This document shows positions 1 through 9,061 of a stretch of DNA of 43,845 nt, one piece after another. The notes beneath the pieces were generated by a model. It saw nothing but the letters and a program-made list of their open reading frames with translations. It was not told the origin of the DNA and made no database searches. Each line of letters opens with the position of its first letter. Position 1 is the stretch's first letter. The DNA comes from a virus (lineage: Duplodnaviria > Caudoviricetes), in the IMG/VR virus record IMGVR_UViG_3300024986_000179, positions 1 to 43,845 of that record; one strand, 5' to 3'. Both the position numbers and the translations under genes were made by a program.

Positions 1-333
1 TTATTTTTCGTTGTGGCTTTTTTGTGCCAAATATTCTTTTATAAGCGTAATTTTTTTTTCAATAATCTCAAGTTCGTTGATTACATTAATTTCTCTTGGG
101 GGGTCGTAGAAGTCATTTTCTTTCAGATTTGGGGGCTCATCCGAAAAAATTGACCGGAGGTCAATATCCGGAAAGACTTTTAGCAGTTTGATGATGAAGT
201 CTGAGTTTACTTTATCTTTTCCGGTTAGATATCTACTCATCATAGAAGTACTCGTATCAAGCCTTTTTCCCGCTTCTTTTTGGCTAATACCCTTTGTTTT
301 AAGATACATTGCCAATTTTTCGTTCCACACCAT
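1..333 (-). CDS. XRE-family HTH repressor (CI-like)
   Basis: N-terminal HTH pattern ISQKEAGKRLDTSTSMMSRYLTG; divergent from the early operon; no S24 peptidase domain visible. Confidence 0.85.
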   Translation of the reverse strand: MVWNEKLAMYLKTKGISQKEAGKRLDTSTSMMSRYLTGKDKVNSDFIIKLLKVFPDIDLRSIFSDEPPNLKENDFYDPPREINVINELEIIEKKITLIKEYLAQKSHNEK

Positions 334-354
334 AATTTAGAATTAATATAAATA

Positions 355-417
355 ATGACTTTAAGTAAACTTTAGTTGACTAAAATTTACCACAGGTCAA
401 TTTTTTTATTAGATTTG
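355..417 (+). promoter_or_regulatory. CI/Cro switch: operators ATGACT-N3-AGTAAA (355-369) and TTTACC-N3-GGTCAA (386-400), early promoter -7 box TAGATTTG (410-417)
   Basis: Imperfect palindromes matching TTGACY-N3-RGTCAA between divergent regulator genes; Bacteroidota -7 consensus TAnnTTTG. Confidence 0.7.
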
Positions 418-436
418 TGACAGATATACAAAACTT

Positions 437-712
437 ATGACAAATATAATAGAAAAAAACGAACGTTATGATATGCAATTGCATATTGAAAAAGCCTTCG
501 ACATAATAGAAGAGCATCTGCCACATAACTATGTTTCTGAAGTCCAAAAAAAATTAGGACCAGAAGCGAAAATAAACGACGGTGTTATTCGTAACATCAG
601 AAACAAACTTCAAAAAGTTACCGATAATAGATTAAATGTCTTGAATGCCTTGGTCGAAGTCTCTTTGGAGAATAAGGCGCAGAAAGATAAACTGATCAGT
701 AACCTGCAATAA
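437..712 (+). CDS. Cro-like/early regulatory protein
   Basis: Small helical protein divergent from CI; assignment mainly positional. Confidence 0.55.
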   Translation: MTNIIEKNERYDMQLHIEKAFDIIEEHLPHNYVSEVQKKLGPEAKINDGVIRNIRNKLQKVTDNRLNVLNALVEVSLENKAQKDKLISNLQ

Positions 713-721
713 ATCAATACC

Positions 722-1285
722 ATGACGCAAACAAAAACTTTTCCTGGGATGGCCTGTTCATCAACGGAGTTCTTTCAGCATGAGAAAGAATTAAAAATTA
801 TTCAAAACGGAACCATTAAAAATTTTGCAGAGTCTTCATTTTGCACCATTCAGCTTCTGAAGGAAGAAATTGAAAAAAATGAGGCAATAAATGCAGCGCT
901 GAACGAATTGCATCCGGATTCGGAAATGAAACGGATTGAACAATTTGTCTTATGCAGGTTTGGGGGATTGGATTTCCAACCCGATATAAAAGATGGTATC
1001 GTTCAGGATGGCGAATACTGGCCATGTCCCAAAAGAGGGAGCTGCAGTTATGAGGGTACATTGTGTAAACTCCCGAAAATCAATGGTCACAGATTAAATG
1101 ATTTGGAAATATTACTTATGCAAAAAACATCTACGGATTTGACAAATGATGTTATAGCAGAAGAGGCAAGTATTCCTTTGGGTACTTTCCATAAGGTAAA
1201 AAAAGAATTATATAAGAAGCTGTCAATTAAGACAAAACAGGAACTTGTAAGAGTTGCCATTTTCTTTAACATTATTCAGCTATAA
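722..1285 (+). CDS. Transcription regulator with Cys cluster and C-terminal LuxR/GerE-type HTH
   Basis: CPKRGSCSYEGTLC followed by LTNDVIAEEASIPLGTFHKVKKELYKKLSIKTKQELVRVA (LuxR-like). Confidence 0.7.
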   Translation: MTQTKTFPGMACSSTEFFQHEKELKIIQNGTIKNFAESSFCTIQLLKEEIEKNEAINAALNELHPDSEMKRIEQFVLCRFGGLDFQPDIKDGIVQDGEYWPCPKRGSCSYEGTLCKLPKINGHRLNDLEILLMQKTSTDLTNDVIAEEASIPLGTFHKVKKELYKKLSIKTKQELVRVAIFFNIIQL

Positions 1286-1329
1286 GCTGTACTACGTTCT
1301 TTTACAACTTGTGTATGTGCATACACGTT

Positions 1330-1357
1330 AACCGTCCTTCTTCTGGAGGACGGTTTT
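1330..1357 (+). terminator. Intrinsic terminator/attenuator in the early operon
   Basis: AACCGTCCTTC-TTCT-GGAGGACGGTT followed by a short T tract. Confidence 0.6.
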
Positions 1358-1377
1358 AAAAAAACAATTGAACTAAT

Positions 1378-1605
1378 ATGAAAGCTACAGAAAACAACAA
1401 CTTATCAAAAATTGAATTTCTCGAGGAACAGATTGAAGAAATTACAAACTCAGGCTTTTTTACTGAGCGAGAAATTGACAGGCTTTCTCATCCATTGCTT
1501 TTGGAACTATATAAGTTGAAAAATCAAGCAATAGCAACTGGCCATCAGATCAGAAAGCATAAAATAAATTTATTTGGTTGGCTAAAAGTCAAAATAAAAT
1601 TTTAG
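1378..1605 (+). CDS. Hypothetical early protein
   Basis: 75-aa ORF with ATG start, tightly packed before the primase. Confidence 0.6.
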   Translation: MKATENNNLSKIEFLEEQIEEITNSGFFTEREIDRLSHPLLLELYKLKNQAIATGHQIRKHKINLFGWLKVKIKF

Positions 1606-1607
1606 TT

Positions 1608-4600
1608 ATGGGAGGCTTTATAAAAAAAGAATTTATTGAAAGGCTCATGGATATCGCAATTATTGAAGAAGTAATTGGCGATTATATTCAATTAAAAAAA
1701 TCAGGTAGTGTTTATGTAGGCAAATCCCCGAAAACAAACGAAAGGACCGGCTCCTTTACAGTTTCCCCGGTTAAAAGAATTTGGAAAGACTTCAGTTCTG
1801 GAGAAGGCGGCAATTTAATATCTTTTTTTATGAATTATGAGGGGATGTCCTACCCTGAAGCGATTGAGACAATAGCGAGCAAATATAATACTGCTGTTGA
1901 ATATGAAGTTTTATCTGAAGAAGCTGAAACAAAACGGAAAATAAAGACCGAAAAAAAAGAAAGTTTAAGATCGGTTCTTAAAGCTACTCATAATAATTAT
2001 GTTCTTCAATACAATAGCCTTCCTGAAGATCATCCTGCTCGTTTTGAAATCGAAGATAAAAGAAGGTATTCAAACGATGTTATTGTCGAATGGGGCATTG
2101 GTTATGCCCCTGAAGATTTTCTCTATGGTAAGCTTTATTCTTCGGGCAAAATTACTGAAGGAAAAGAACTTGGTCTTATCAGTGAAAAGAATTTTGACAA
2201 GTATAGCAAACGTGTGGTATATCCAATTAATGATATTCAAGGAATGATCATTGGTCTTGCGGGGCGTAGTCTTTCAGATAATAAAAAATATGCCAAGTGG
2301 ATTAACCCAAATGTTAGCGAAACTAATCTTTTGTACAATAAGTCAAAAGTTTGGTATGGTTTAGATAAAGCCAGGCATTCTATAGTCAAGAATAATGAAG
2401 CTTGGATTATGGAAGGGTATAATGATGTTATTGGCTGGTATATTAATGATATGCAAAATACTGTTGCTTCCTGCGGAACGGCGATAACTGATCAACAGAT
2501 TTCTGAACTCAAAAGACTATGCAGCAAGGTTATTTTCTGTTTTGATCCTGATGCGGCCGGCATTAAGTCAATGATTAAATATATTCCGGCATTTATGAAA
2601 TCTGGATTCCGTGTAGAAGTCTGCTTATTGCCATGTGATCCGGATGATTTTACCAGGTTATATTCTGATTCAATAAAAAAATACAAATTGCCTGAAATGC
2701 TCAAAGAGCCTGAGATACTTAAAGACGGCTTTGAATTTTTAATGGATAATCTTCTGGTTGGAACGCAGATTAAAATTACAGACGGGACAAAAGAACTTTG
2801 TGATCTGATCGCAAATATTAACGATACGTCATTAATTGAAATTTATTCTGGTTGGTTAGCCCAAAAATCGAAAGTCAAGCTTACAACCATTAAAAGCTGG
2901 ATAAAAGAAGCGTTGGCAAATAATATCGAGGTTATTGATGAAGATGATGATTTTATCCAAATAGAACTCCCGAAAGAAGTTAAGGTTCCTTTGTCTGAGT
3001 TGGAGAAAGATATACGCAAATACGGCATGTTCATGGCCAATAACCAAATCTATATGTCATTAAGCGATCCCGGTGCAAAGTATATTCATTTCAGCAAAAA
3101 ATCAAATTTTATGATTGAGATACTTCAGCACATGCAGGATGAAAAATTTCCAATGAAATTGCTAAGGATTGCCAATGTGCATGGAGAAGAAAAAATATTT
3201 GATACACAATCGGAAAATCTTAACACGCCACAAGCATTTGACAATACTGTTACTGGGCATGGAAATTTCAGATTTGATGGAAATAGAAGCGATCTGTTAC
3301 GGCTACGCACATACTTATTTGATAAAATGGGTAATGGTAGAAAAATAGATGTTTTGGGATGGCAGCCAGATGGGAAATTTTGGGCTTGGAATAATAAGAT
3401 CACAACAGAAGAGGGTAATGACATTCCTTTAGATAAGCACGGAATTTTTGTAAAGGATAATGTATACTATTATATACCATCTGCGAACGAAATATATAAA
3501 AATAACTCATTCAAATTTGATGCTCAAAAACGGTTTAAGGCAATGAAGAACCCGACGTCGTTTTATGCATTCAATTCAAAAGTAATTCAAGTTCATCGTG
3601 ATCATGGTATTTCGGCTATCCTTTTCGGAATAGCATCATTATTCCAGGATATCGTTGTGGCAAAAATAGATAAGTTCCCAATACTTTTTTTCTATGGACC
3701 TGGATCAACCGGAAAGGACGAATTAGCAGAAATAGTTCAAAGCTTTGTTGGAATACCGCAGACAGCTATAAACCTTGAAGGACAAGTATCTACAATCAAG
3801 GCACAGGTTAGGGAATTTGCGCAATTCAGGAATGGAATTTCTCAGCTGTCAGAATATAAACGTGGCAACTCTCAGCTTAACGGAATGCTGAAGGCATTGT
3901 GGGACAGACGTGGGTATAAAAGAGGAAATATAGAAAGTCATGTTGGGACCGACAGTATTCCAATAGAGAGCTCAGCTGTCTTAACAGGTAATGATTATCC
4001 AGATGAAGAACCTTTGATTCTTAGATTGATTTGGAATGAAATGACAAAAAACCAATTTACTGAAGAAGAAACAAGAAGTTTCGATGAACTTAAGGACATG
4101 ACAGCTCATGGCCTTTCCGGATATTCTGATGAAATTTTTAAGCATAGAAAATTATTCGAGGAAAAATTTGATAAAACGCAAAGAAACTGGAAAGGTATAC
4201 TTCAGGAACAATTCCCTGAAGCTAAAGGAAGAATGATTTTTAATATATCCATTTTATGCTCAGTATATGAGATATTCAAGGATTTTAACTATTTCCCATT
4301 TTCTCAGCCTGAAATGCTAAATCATTTCGGAAAAGGATTTGATCAACAAATCAGAAAAATTAATTCAGCATCTATATTGAATAAGTTTTGGCAGCTGTTT
4401 ATAGCTTCCTTGCGTGGCCATAAAGAAGAAAGGATTCAGGTTAAGAACATAGTGAATGTAGAAGGTAATTTACTGTTCTTTAATTGGACACATTGTTTTT
4501 CAAAAATACAAAGATCTTGGTGGGGACAATTTCAAGAAGCAGCACCAGCTAAATCTTCTATTTTAGAACAGATTGAAAAATCTGAATTCTATATCGAAAG

Positions 4601-4832
4601 CAGGAAGTCTTATAGCTTTGATTCAGGTCGAGAAGCTAACAGAACCAGCGCTATTGTAATTAATCTTGACCAAATGTCGGAAGTATTAAAAAACGATATC
4701 GTCGGATCTATCATGTTCCAACTTAATCAAGTTGATAGCGAATCCGGACAAACAAACATCTTTGGTGTTGCCCCCCTGCAACCCCCAAGCGAATATAATG
4801 GATTAAAAACGGAGACGGACGAGCCTTTTTAA
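1608..4832 (+). CDS. DnaG-type primase fused to a C-terminal P-loop helicase-like domain
   Basis: DnaG-like N-terminus (WKDFSSGEGG), TOPRIM motifs IMEGYNDV and CFDPDAAG, Walker A FYGPGSTGKD; ATG at 1608 preferred over TTG at 1578. Confidence 0.9.
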   Translation: MGGFIKKEFIERLMDIAIIEEVIGDYIQLKKSGSVYVGKSPKTNERTGSFTVSPVKRIWKDFSSGEGGNLISFFMNYEGMSYPEAIETIASKYNTAVEYEVLSEEAETKRKIKTEKKESLRSVLKATHNNYVLQYNSLPEDHPARFEIEDKRRYSNDVIVEWGIGYAPEDFLYGKLYSSGKITEGKELGLISEKNFDKYSKRVVYPINDIQGMIIGLAGRSLSDNKKYAKWINPNVSETNLLYNKSKVWYGLDKARHSIVKNNEAWIMEGYNDVIGWYINDMQNTVASCGTAITDQQISELKRLCSKVIFCFDPDAAGIKSMIKYIPAFMKSGFRVEVCLLPCDPDDFTRLYSDSIKKYKLPEMLKEPEILKDGFEFLMDNLLVGTQIKITDGTKELCDLIANINDTSLIEIYSGWLAQKSKVKLTTIKSWIKEALANNIEVIDEDDDFIQIELPKEVKVPLSELEKDIRKYGMFMANNQIYMSLSDPGAKYIHFSKKSNFMIEILQHMQDEKFPMKLLRIANVHGEEKIFDTQSENLNTPQAFDNTVTGHGNFRFDGNRSDLLRLRTYLFDKMGNGRKIDVLGWQPDGKFWAWNNKITTEEGNDIPLDKHGIFVKDNVYYYIPSANEIYKNNSFKFDAQKRFKAMKNPTSFYAFNSKVIQVHRDHGISAILFGIASLFQDIVVAKIDKFPILFFYGPGSTGKDELAEIVQSFVGIPQTAINLEGQVSTIKAQVREFAQFRNGISQLSEYKRGNSQLNGMLKALWDRRGYKRGNIESHVGTDSIPIESSAVLTGNDYPDEEPLILRLIWNEMTKNQFTEEETRSFDELKDMTAHGLSGYSDEIFKHRKLFEEKFDKTQRNWKGILQEQFPEAKGRMIFNISILCSVYEIFKDFNYFPFSQPEMLNHFGKGFDQQIRKINSASILNKFWQLFIASLRGHKEERIQVKNIVNVEGNLLFFNWTHCFSKIQRSWWGQFQEAAPAKSSILEQIEKSEFYIESRKSYSFDSGREANRTSAIVINLDQMSEVLKNDIVGSIMFQLNQVDSESGQTNIFGVAPLQPPSEYNGLKTETDEPF

Positions 4833-5008
4833 CTTCCCAACTTTCCCAACATACTTAAAAAGCTAAAAATAAAAGAATTAGTGTTGTGATAATGTCGGGA
4901 ATGTAGCGGAAAGTTGGGAATGTTTTTTTTATTTCTGCAACATTCCCGACATAAAGACTAAAAAAGGACTGAAAATCAGGGGTCGGGATGTCGGGAAAGT
5001 TGGGAGCT
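4832..5008. repeat. Iteron-like repeat cluster TCCCRAC/GTYGGGA; probable replication origin
   Basis: Eight copies in both orientations starting at 4834, 4843, 4894, 4913, 4943, 4982, 4990, 4999, separated by AT-rich tracts, directly after the primase-helicase gene. Confidence 0.75.
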
Positions 5009-5069
5009 GAAATTTCCTATATATGGATAACAAATTTTTAAAAAATTAATCACTTAAATATTTATTACT

Positions 5070-5354
5070 ATGGCACTAAACAATCGAAGTGTAGAAAAAG
5101 CTAAAGAAATTTTAGCTGAAATTGCCGGGTGGAAAGCACCTTTTTATAATGAGTACAAAAAAGATAATCCTTTAGACACCAGTACGATTTTAGTTGCTGG
5201 CAAAACAGGTGACGGATGGGAAAATGTCTTTTTAAATGTAAAAGATATTACAGCTGAGCAGCTGGCGATTTTTGAAAGAAGAAAATCTGAAGTTCCTAAT
5301 TCATCTTTCAAACAAAATTTAGAAAATAATATTACCTGTATAGGTTGGTTTTAA
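5070..5354 (+). CDS. Hypothetical early protein
   Basis: 94-aa ORF with A/T-rich translation initiation region. Confidence 0.65.
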   Translation: MALNNRSVEKAKEILAEIAGWKAPFYNEYKKDNPLDTSTILVAGKTGDGWENVFLNVKDITAEQLAIFERRKSEVPNSSFKQNLENNITCIGWF

Positions 5355-5365
5355 AACATATCGTT

Positions 5366-5776
5366 ATGAAAAATATACAGAGATATACAATTGAACACTT
5401 GCCAACTTCAGCGGGTTTAACTGTCGAAATAAATTTTGATTTTATTTCAAAAGAAAAATTTTCGATGATGGATATGATAAAAACTATGGTCGATTTTTTT
5501 TCAGATGCGGATTCCAGATTAAGGAATAATAAAAATTATCTGGAAGCTTTTTTAAAGCAACTTACGGAAATGTCAATTTTATTATCAATAGAGCATAATT
5601 GCAATATTAATGGTGTTATACGGCAATTTGAAAAACAGGAAGGTTATTGCCGTATGGATGGAACTATGGGTATCAAACTTATTGAATTATGCATGTTGGA
5701 ATTAGATGATCAGGATGATTATGAGATTACAAAACATGATTACGTGGAAGGATATTACAGTCCAACACTCAATTAA
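5366..5776 (+). CDS. Hypothetical early protein
   Basis: ORF 5345-5776; in-frame ATG at 5366 is the likelier start. Confidence 0.6.
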   Translation: MKNIQRYTIEHLPTSAGLTVEINFDFISKEKFSMMDMIKTMVDFFSDADSRLRNNKNYLEAFLKQLTEMSILLSIEHNCNINGVIRQFEKQEGYCRMDGTMGIKLIELCMLELDDQDDYEITKHDYVEGYYSPTLN

Positions 5777-5781
5777 TTAAA

Positions 5782-5958
5782 ATGTATTCTTTTTTAGAAA
5801 TAGAAGCTGTTTTTAAGAACTGCAATACCTGGGCAGAACTTGATAAAAGTTGCAAAGCATTTCTATATGTAATGTTTGAAGGCGATTTGTCGAGAGACAA
5901 AGTGGATTTTATACGAGAAAAGTCACTCGAACGTGTAAAACAACTAGATCAGATGTAA
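5782..5958 (+). CDS. Small hypothetical protein (58 aa), missing from ORF track
   Basis: ATG 5782 to TAA 5958, MYSFLEIEAVFKNCNTWAELDKSC...; fills the gap between neighbours exactly. Confidence 0.65.
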   Translation: MYSFLEIEAVFKNCNTWAELDKSCKAFLYVMFEGDLSRDKVDFIREKSLERVKQLDQM

Positions 5959-5959
5959 T

Positions 5960-6451
5960 ATGAAAATACTTGAAATTCCCGCAGCTCTCCGTAGAGCTGA
6001 TAAATATGATCTATTTACGGGAGAATTAGGAAAATTAAGAGGTGTACAGTCAGTGAAGGAAAACACTACTTTTTTTTATTCAAAGAAAGATTCTGATAAT
6101 TTCAGCGGTCCTTTTTTGACAACAAAACACACTAGCTTTAAAGAACTCTATTCTGAAATGTTGGTAGGAAATATTGGGGTTATTACGGGTATGAGTAAAG
6201 ATGGTGCTTATGAATATCCTTTTAATCTAGTGCTGCGGGAAGCTCAAGTAAGCGATGTTGCTGAAGCCAACCATTCTCCAAAAATGAACAGAGTATATTT
6301 TCTTTTTCAAAATCGGCTCGTTTACGGACCATATTACATCAATAACTCCACGCTCATGTATGAATTGGAGTTAAAAATATCAAGAGGTGAAGTTTTTGTG
6401 CCCTATGAAAACCAACATTTTGAAAAAAAAAATTATAAGCAGATAGCATGA
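5960..6451 (+). CDS. Hypothetical protein with internal duplication
   Basis: Two similar segments FSGPFLTT..KELYSEMLVGNIGV and VYGPYYIN..YELELKISRGEVFV. Confidence 0.65.
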   Translation: MKILEIPAALRRADKYDLFTGELGKLRGVQSVKENTTFFYSKKDSDNFSGPFLTTKHTSFKELYSEMLVGNIGVITGMSKDGAYEYPFNLVLREAQVSDVAEANHSPKMNRVYFLFQNRLVYGPYYINNSTLMYELELKISRGEVFVPYENQHFEKKNYKQIA

Positions 6452-6666
6452 GAAAACAGAAATGGATGCGTAAAGGAGGTCGAGTCCTGGCGCATTTTAA
6501 AAAAGGGACAATAGTAAAAGCCTGTACCTATAAATTATCTGGCCAAAGCTACGTCTATCTTTTCCAAATTCAATTAGATGGAGAAGATTTCAGTTCCAAA
6601 TACCATCCAGATGATGTAGAGCTGCTTGATGAGACAAATCAAATCACTTTAAAATTAGAACCATGA
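6448..6666 (+). CDS. Hypothetical protein (possible SH3/KOW-like barrel)
   Basis: ATGA overlap with upstream gene; beta-rich pattern ending YHPDDVELL. Confidence 0.6.
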   Translation: MRKQKWMRKGGRVLAHFKKGTIVKACTYKLSGQSYVYLFQIQLDGEDFSSKYHPDDVELLDETNQITLKLEP

Positions 6667-6959
6667 AAAAAACACATTATTTAATATCAAGAGGGAATTT
6701 TAGTACTCCAAAAAACAATCTTCAGGAAGAAGTGATGGATTATTTAGCCACGTTGGAAGGAACTCTGATTGATATTAAGGATATCCTTAAAATGCAATCA
6801 GTAATAGAATCTAAATTCGCCGAGCTTAATGCAAAATATAAGCGATGTAGGCCGATATCTGCTCGTTTTGAAGAACGCAGATACAAAGAACGGATTTATC
6901 TATCCGGCTTTGAACAGGTCGAATTCTTTTTTTCTCCAGCAACATTAATCCAGTTATAG
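6663..6959 (+). CDS. Hypothetical protein
   Basis: ATGA overlap; 98 aa. Confidence 0.6.
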   Translation: MKKTHYLISRGNFSTPKNNLQEEVMDYLATLEGTLIDIKDILKMQSVIESKFAELNAKYKRCRPISARFEERRYKERIYLSGFEQVEFFFSPATLIQL

Positions 6960-6961
6960 TT

Positions 6962-7234
6962 ATGTCGTCATATTTAAACAAACAATTTTGTAAAATGTTC
7001 TCAGAATTTTGGGGAACTGAAATTTCTTCTCCTAAAGATATTAGTGATTGTAATTTGACAGGGGAAGGTTTGAAAAGATTTTGTGAATACTACTTTAAGA
7101 ACACAATTTCTGAAGAATCCTATCAAATGGCAAAATCAGACAGAAAAGTAAGCAGGTTGCTATGGTTCTCGTTAGGTTTCCTAGCTGCCGGTATTTTAGT
7201 TTTCATCGCTCAGTATATAAATATACCTTTTTAG
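6962..7234 (+). CDS. Hypothetical protein with C-terminal transmembrane helix
   Basis: LLWFSLGFLAAGILVFIAQYI hydrophobic tail. Confidence 0.6.
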   Translation: MSSYLNKQFCKMFSEFWGTEISSPKDISDCNLTGEGLKRFCEYYFKNTISEESYQMAKSDRKVSRLLWFSLGFLAAGILVFIAQYINIPF

Positions 7235-7238
7235 AATA

Positions 7239-7466
7239 ATGAAATTCAATATCGCTTACAATAAGCCGAACAGCTTTTTTAAAGATAAAAAAGCTGTTCT
7301 ACTTCAGGATTTATCAAACGGTTTAGGTGAAGTGCTTAAAACGGGTACTGAAGTTACTATCCTTAAAAGGTCAACAGGATTAAAAATTTATTTCGATATC
7401 GTTGAAGATTCATCAAGAATATTTATGTATCGATGCGTTTATGAATGTTTAGAATTAAAAAAATAA
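7239..7466 (+). CDS. Hypothetical protein
   Basis: 75-aa ORF in tightly packed operon. Confidence 0.55.
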   Translation: MKFNIAYNKPNSFFKDKKAVLLQDLSNGLGEVLKTGTEVTILKRSTGLKIYFDIVEDSSRIFMYRCVYECLELKK

Positions 7467-7481
7467 TTAAAAATTATACAA

Positions 7482-7769
7482 ATGTTTGATAAAACTTGGA
7501 ATATAGAAAGGCATAAGGTTGGGAATGGCCAACAGGAACTTCAAATCGCAATAATTGTGCGAGAAATGGAAACTTCGTTTTCAACTTACTCTGAAAGTTG
7601 GTGTAATAGTTTTTTCAATCAGATAAAAGAAATTCCACGCACGAACAATTTTTCTGCTGAATATGCTTGTCGAGCCTATGCCATAGATACCTATACAGTT
7701 GAAATATGGAAGATGGACACAAAGGGAGAAAAAAAATATAAAATGTTCACTGTAACTAAAATTCGATAA
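7482..7769 (+). CDS. Hypothetical protein
   Basis: 95-aa ORF in tightly packed operon. Confidence 0.6.
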   Translation: MFDKTWNIERHKVGNGQQELQIAIIVREMETSFSTYSESWCNSFFNQIKEIPRTNNFSAEYACRAYAIDTYTVEIWKMDTKGEKKYKMFTVTKIR

Positions 7770-7801
7770 AAAAAATAAATAATCACTTAATAATTAATAT
7801 C

Positions 7802-8590
7802 ATGACAAATCAAATTGAAAAATTGACTGAATTACAAGCCGGATTAGGCTATAAATTCAATGGAGAAATTAACCCGGTAGCTTTACTTGGTTTATTTGGA
7901 GAATCTGCTGAAGTATTACATGAAACAATTCTCATGAAAAAAGAGCAGGGAAAATTTCTGTACGGAGATGAGTTGGCTGCAGCATCTTCGGTTGGAGCTA
8001 TTATTGACAATATTAAAAAGAAAATTAGGAAGAATAAAGATTTAGAGATTGAAGTATTTATTGATCCAGTCAGGATTGATGCCTTTGATTTAGAATTGGC
8101 TGATACACTTTATTACTTAAATATTCTAGCATCAAACCGAGGAAAGACTTTAGGGGATTATGCGGAGCTTGCCTTCAATAAAGTTTCAGAAAAAATGCAA
8201 AATAAGCCAGTTCCGGAATTGCCTAATCAAGAAAAGTCTGTATTAAATTCAGAATTGTTTTCTGATTATTTCAAAGAAGCTGATTATAATCTCTTGGAGG
8301 TTATGAATAAAATTATTGAAAGAAATAAGGGTATTCATGAATCCGATAACTATACTTCTGGTGAATTCTTAGTGTTAGAGGTTCTGATTAAAGAAGAAGG
8401 CGATGAACTTTTACAATTGGTTCCAAATATAGAAGCTTATATGGCAGTTTGTCGCCAAATGTTTAACACAAGCGAAGGAGACAACATTTTTTGCTTTAGC
8501 CTGGCTGTAGATTTCCACCAGCGATACTTTAATACATGGATTTACTACGACTCTGAAGCTGAATGTTACTATGATAAAAACAATGACTAA
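7802..8590 (+). CDS. MazG-like nucleotide pyrophosphohydrolase with extra C-terminal domain
   Basis: ALLGLFGESAEV and LELADTLYYLNILA match the all-alpha NTP-PPase ExxE...E.xD metal-binding pattern. Confidence 0.7.
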   Translation: MTNQIEKLTELQAGLGYKFNGEINPVALLGLFGESAEVLHETILMKKEQGKFLYGDELAAASSVGAIIDNIKKKIRKNKDLEIEVFIDPVRIDAFDLELADTLYYLNILASNRGKTLGDYAELAFNKVSEKMQNKPVPELPNQEKSVLNSELFSDYFKEADYNLLEVMNKIIERNKGIHESDNYTSGEFLVLEVLIKEEGDELLQLVPNIEAYMAVCRQMFNTSEGDNIFCFSLAVDFHQRYFNTWIYYDSEAECYYDKNND

Positions 8591-8760
8591 TGGTAAAGAC
8601 AGTTTATTCAAATAACGATGTAGAAATAACTATTGACAGCTCTGATGAATTTGAGTCAAAAGTTAATGTTAACGGAGAAAATCTGATTTGGATATCAGGA
8701 GAAGATGAAAATGAATTTAGGCGTGAGCTGAGAGCTTTATTAGACAAGTATAGAATATAA
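8590..8760 (+). CDS. Small acidic hypothetical protein (56 aa), missing from ORF track
   Basis: TAATG overlap at 8590; MVKTVYSNNDVEITIDSSDEFESK...DKYRI. Confidence 0.65.
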   Translation: MVKTVYSNNDVEITIDSSDEFESKVNVNGENLIWISGEDENEFRRELRALLDKYRI

Positions 8761-8763
8761 GTT

Positions 8764-8970
8764 ATGAAAAATAAATATCTAAGAATATACGAAAGACCAA
8801 TGAATTCTGGTCGAATGCTTTTCTCTGAAAATGTTAATCATCTTTCAAAATTAGGCATAAACAAAAGATGGGAATTGATACAATCCCAAATAGATCAGGA
8901 AAAATTTGTTTCTGTTCTAACTGAAACAAAAGATGATTATCAGGACTTTAATTATTTAAAAATAGAGTAA
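8764..8970 (+). CDS. Hypothetical protein
   Basis: 68-aa ORF. Confidence 0.55.
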   Translation: MKNKYLRIYERPMNSGRMLFSENVNHLSKLGINKRWELIQSQIDQEKFVSVLTETKDDYQDFNYLKIE

Positions 8971-9057
8971 ATGAAAAAAAAAATAGTACATGAAATTGGC
9001 TTTGATACAGCTGTTTATGTGATTGTAGTGATTATTCTAATATCAATCTTATTTTAA
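8971..9057 (+). CDS. 28-aa single-pass membrane peptide, missing from ORF track
   Basis: MKKKIVHEIGFDTAVYVIVVIILISILF; abuts both neighbours. Confidence 0.5.
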   Translation: MKKKIVHEIGFDTAVYVIVVIILISILF

Positions 9058-9061
9058 TTAA

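Noticed and set aside
1608-1900. Primase zinc-binding domain lacking Cys/His ligands as a novelty
   Set aside because: The SP..ER..SF...WKDFSSG form resembles, from recall, the ordinary Flavobacteriaceae host DnaG; informative about host, not new
4832-5008. Repeat cluster as a mini CRISPR array
   Set aside because: Repeats are 7-9 bp, in both orientations, irregularly spaced, with no cas genes; fits iterons
5960-6451. GYF_2-like domain assignment for the internal repeat
   Set aside because: Only GP(F/Y)...EL...G similarity with different spacing; insufficient without a profile search
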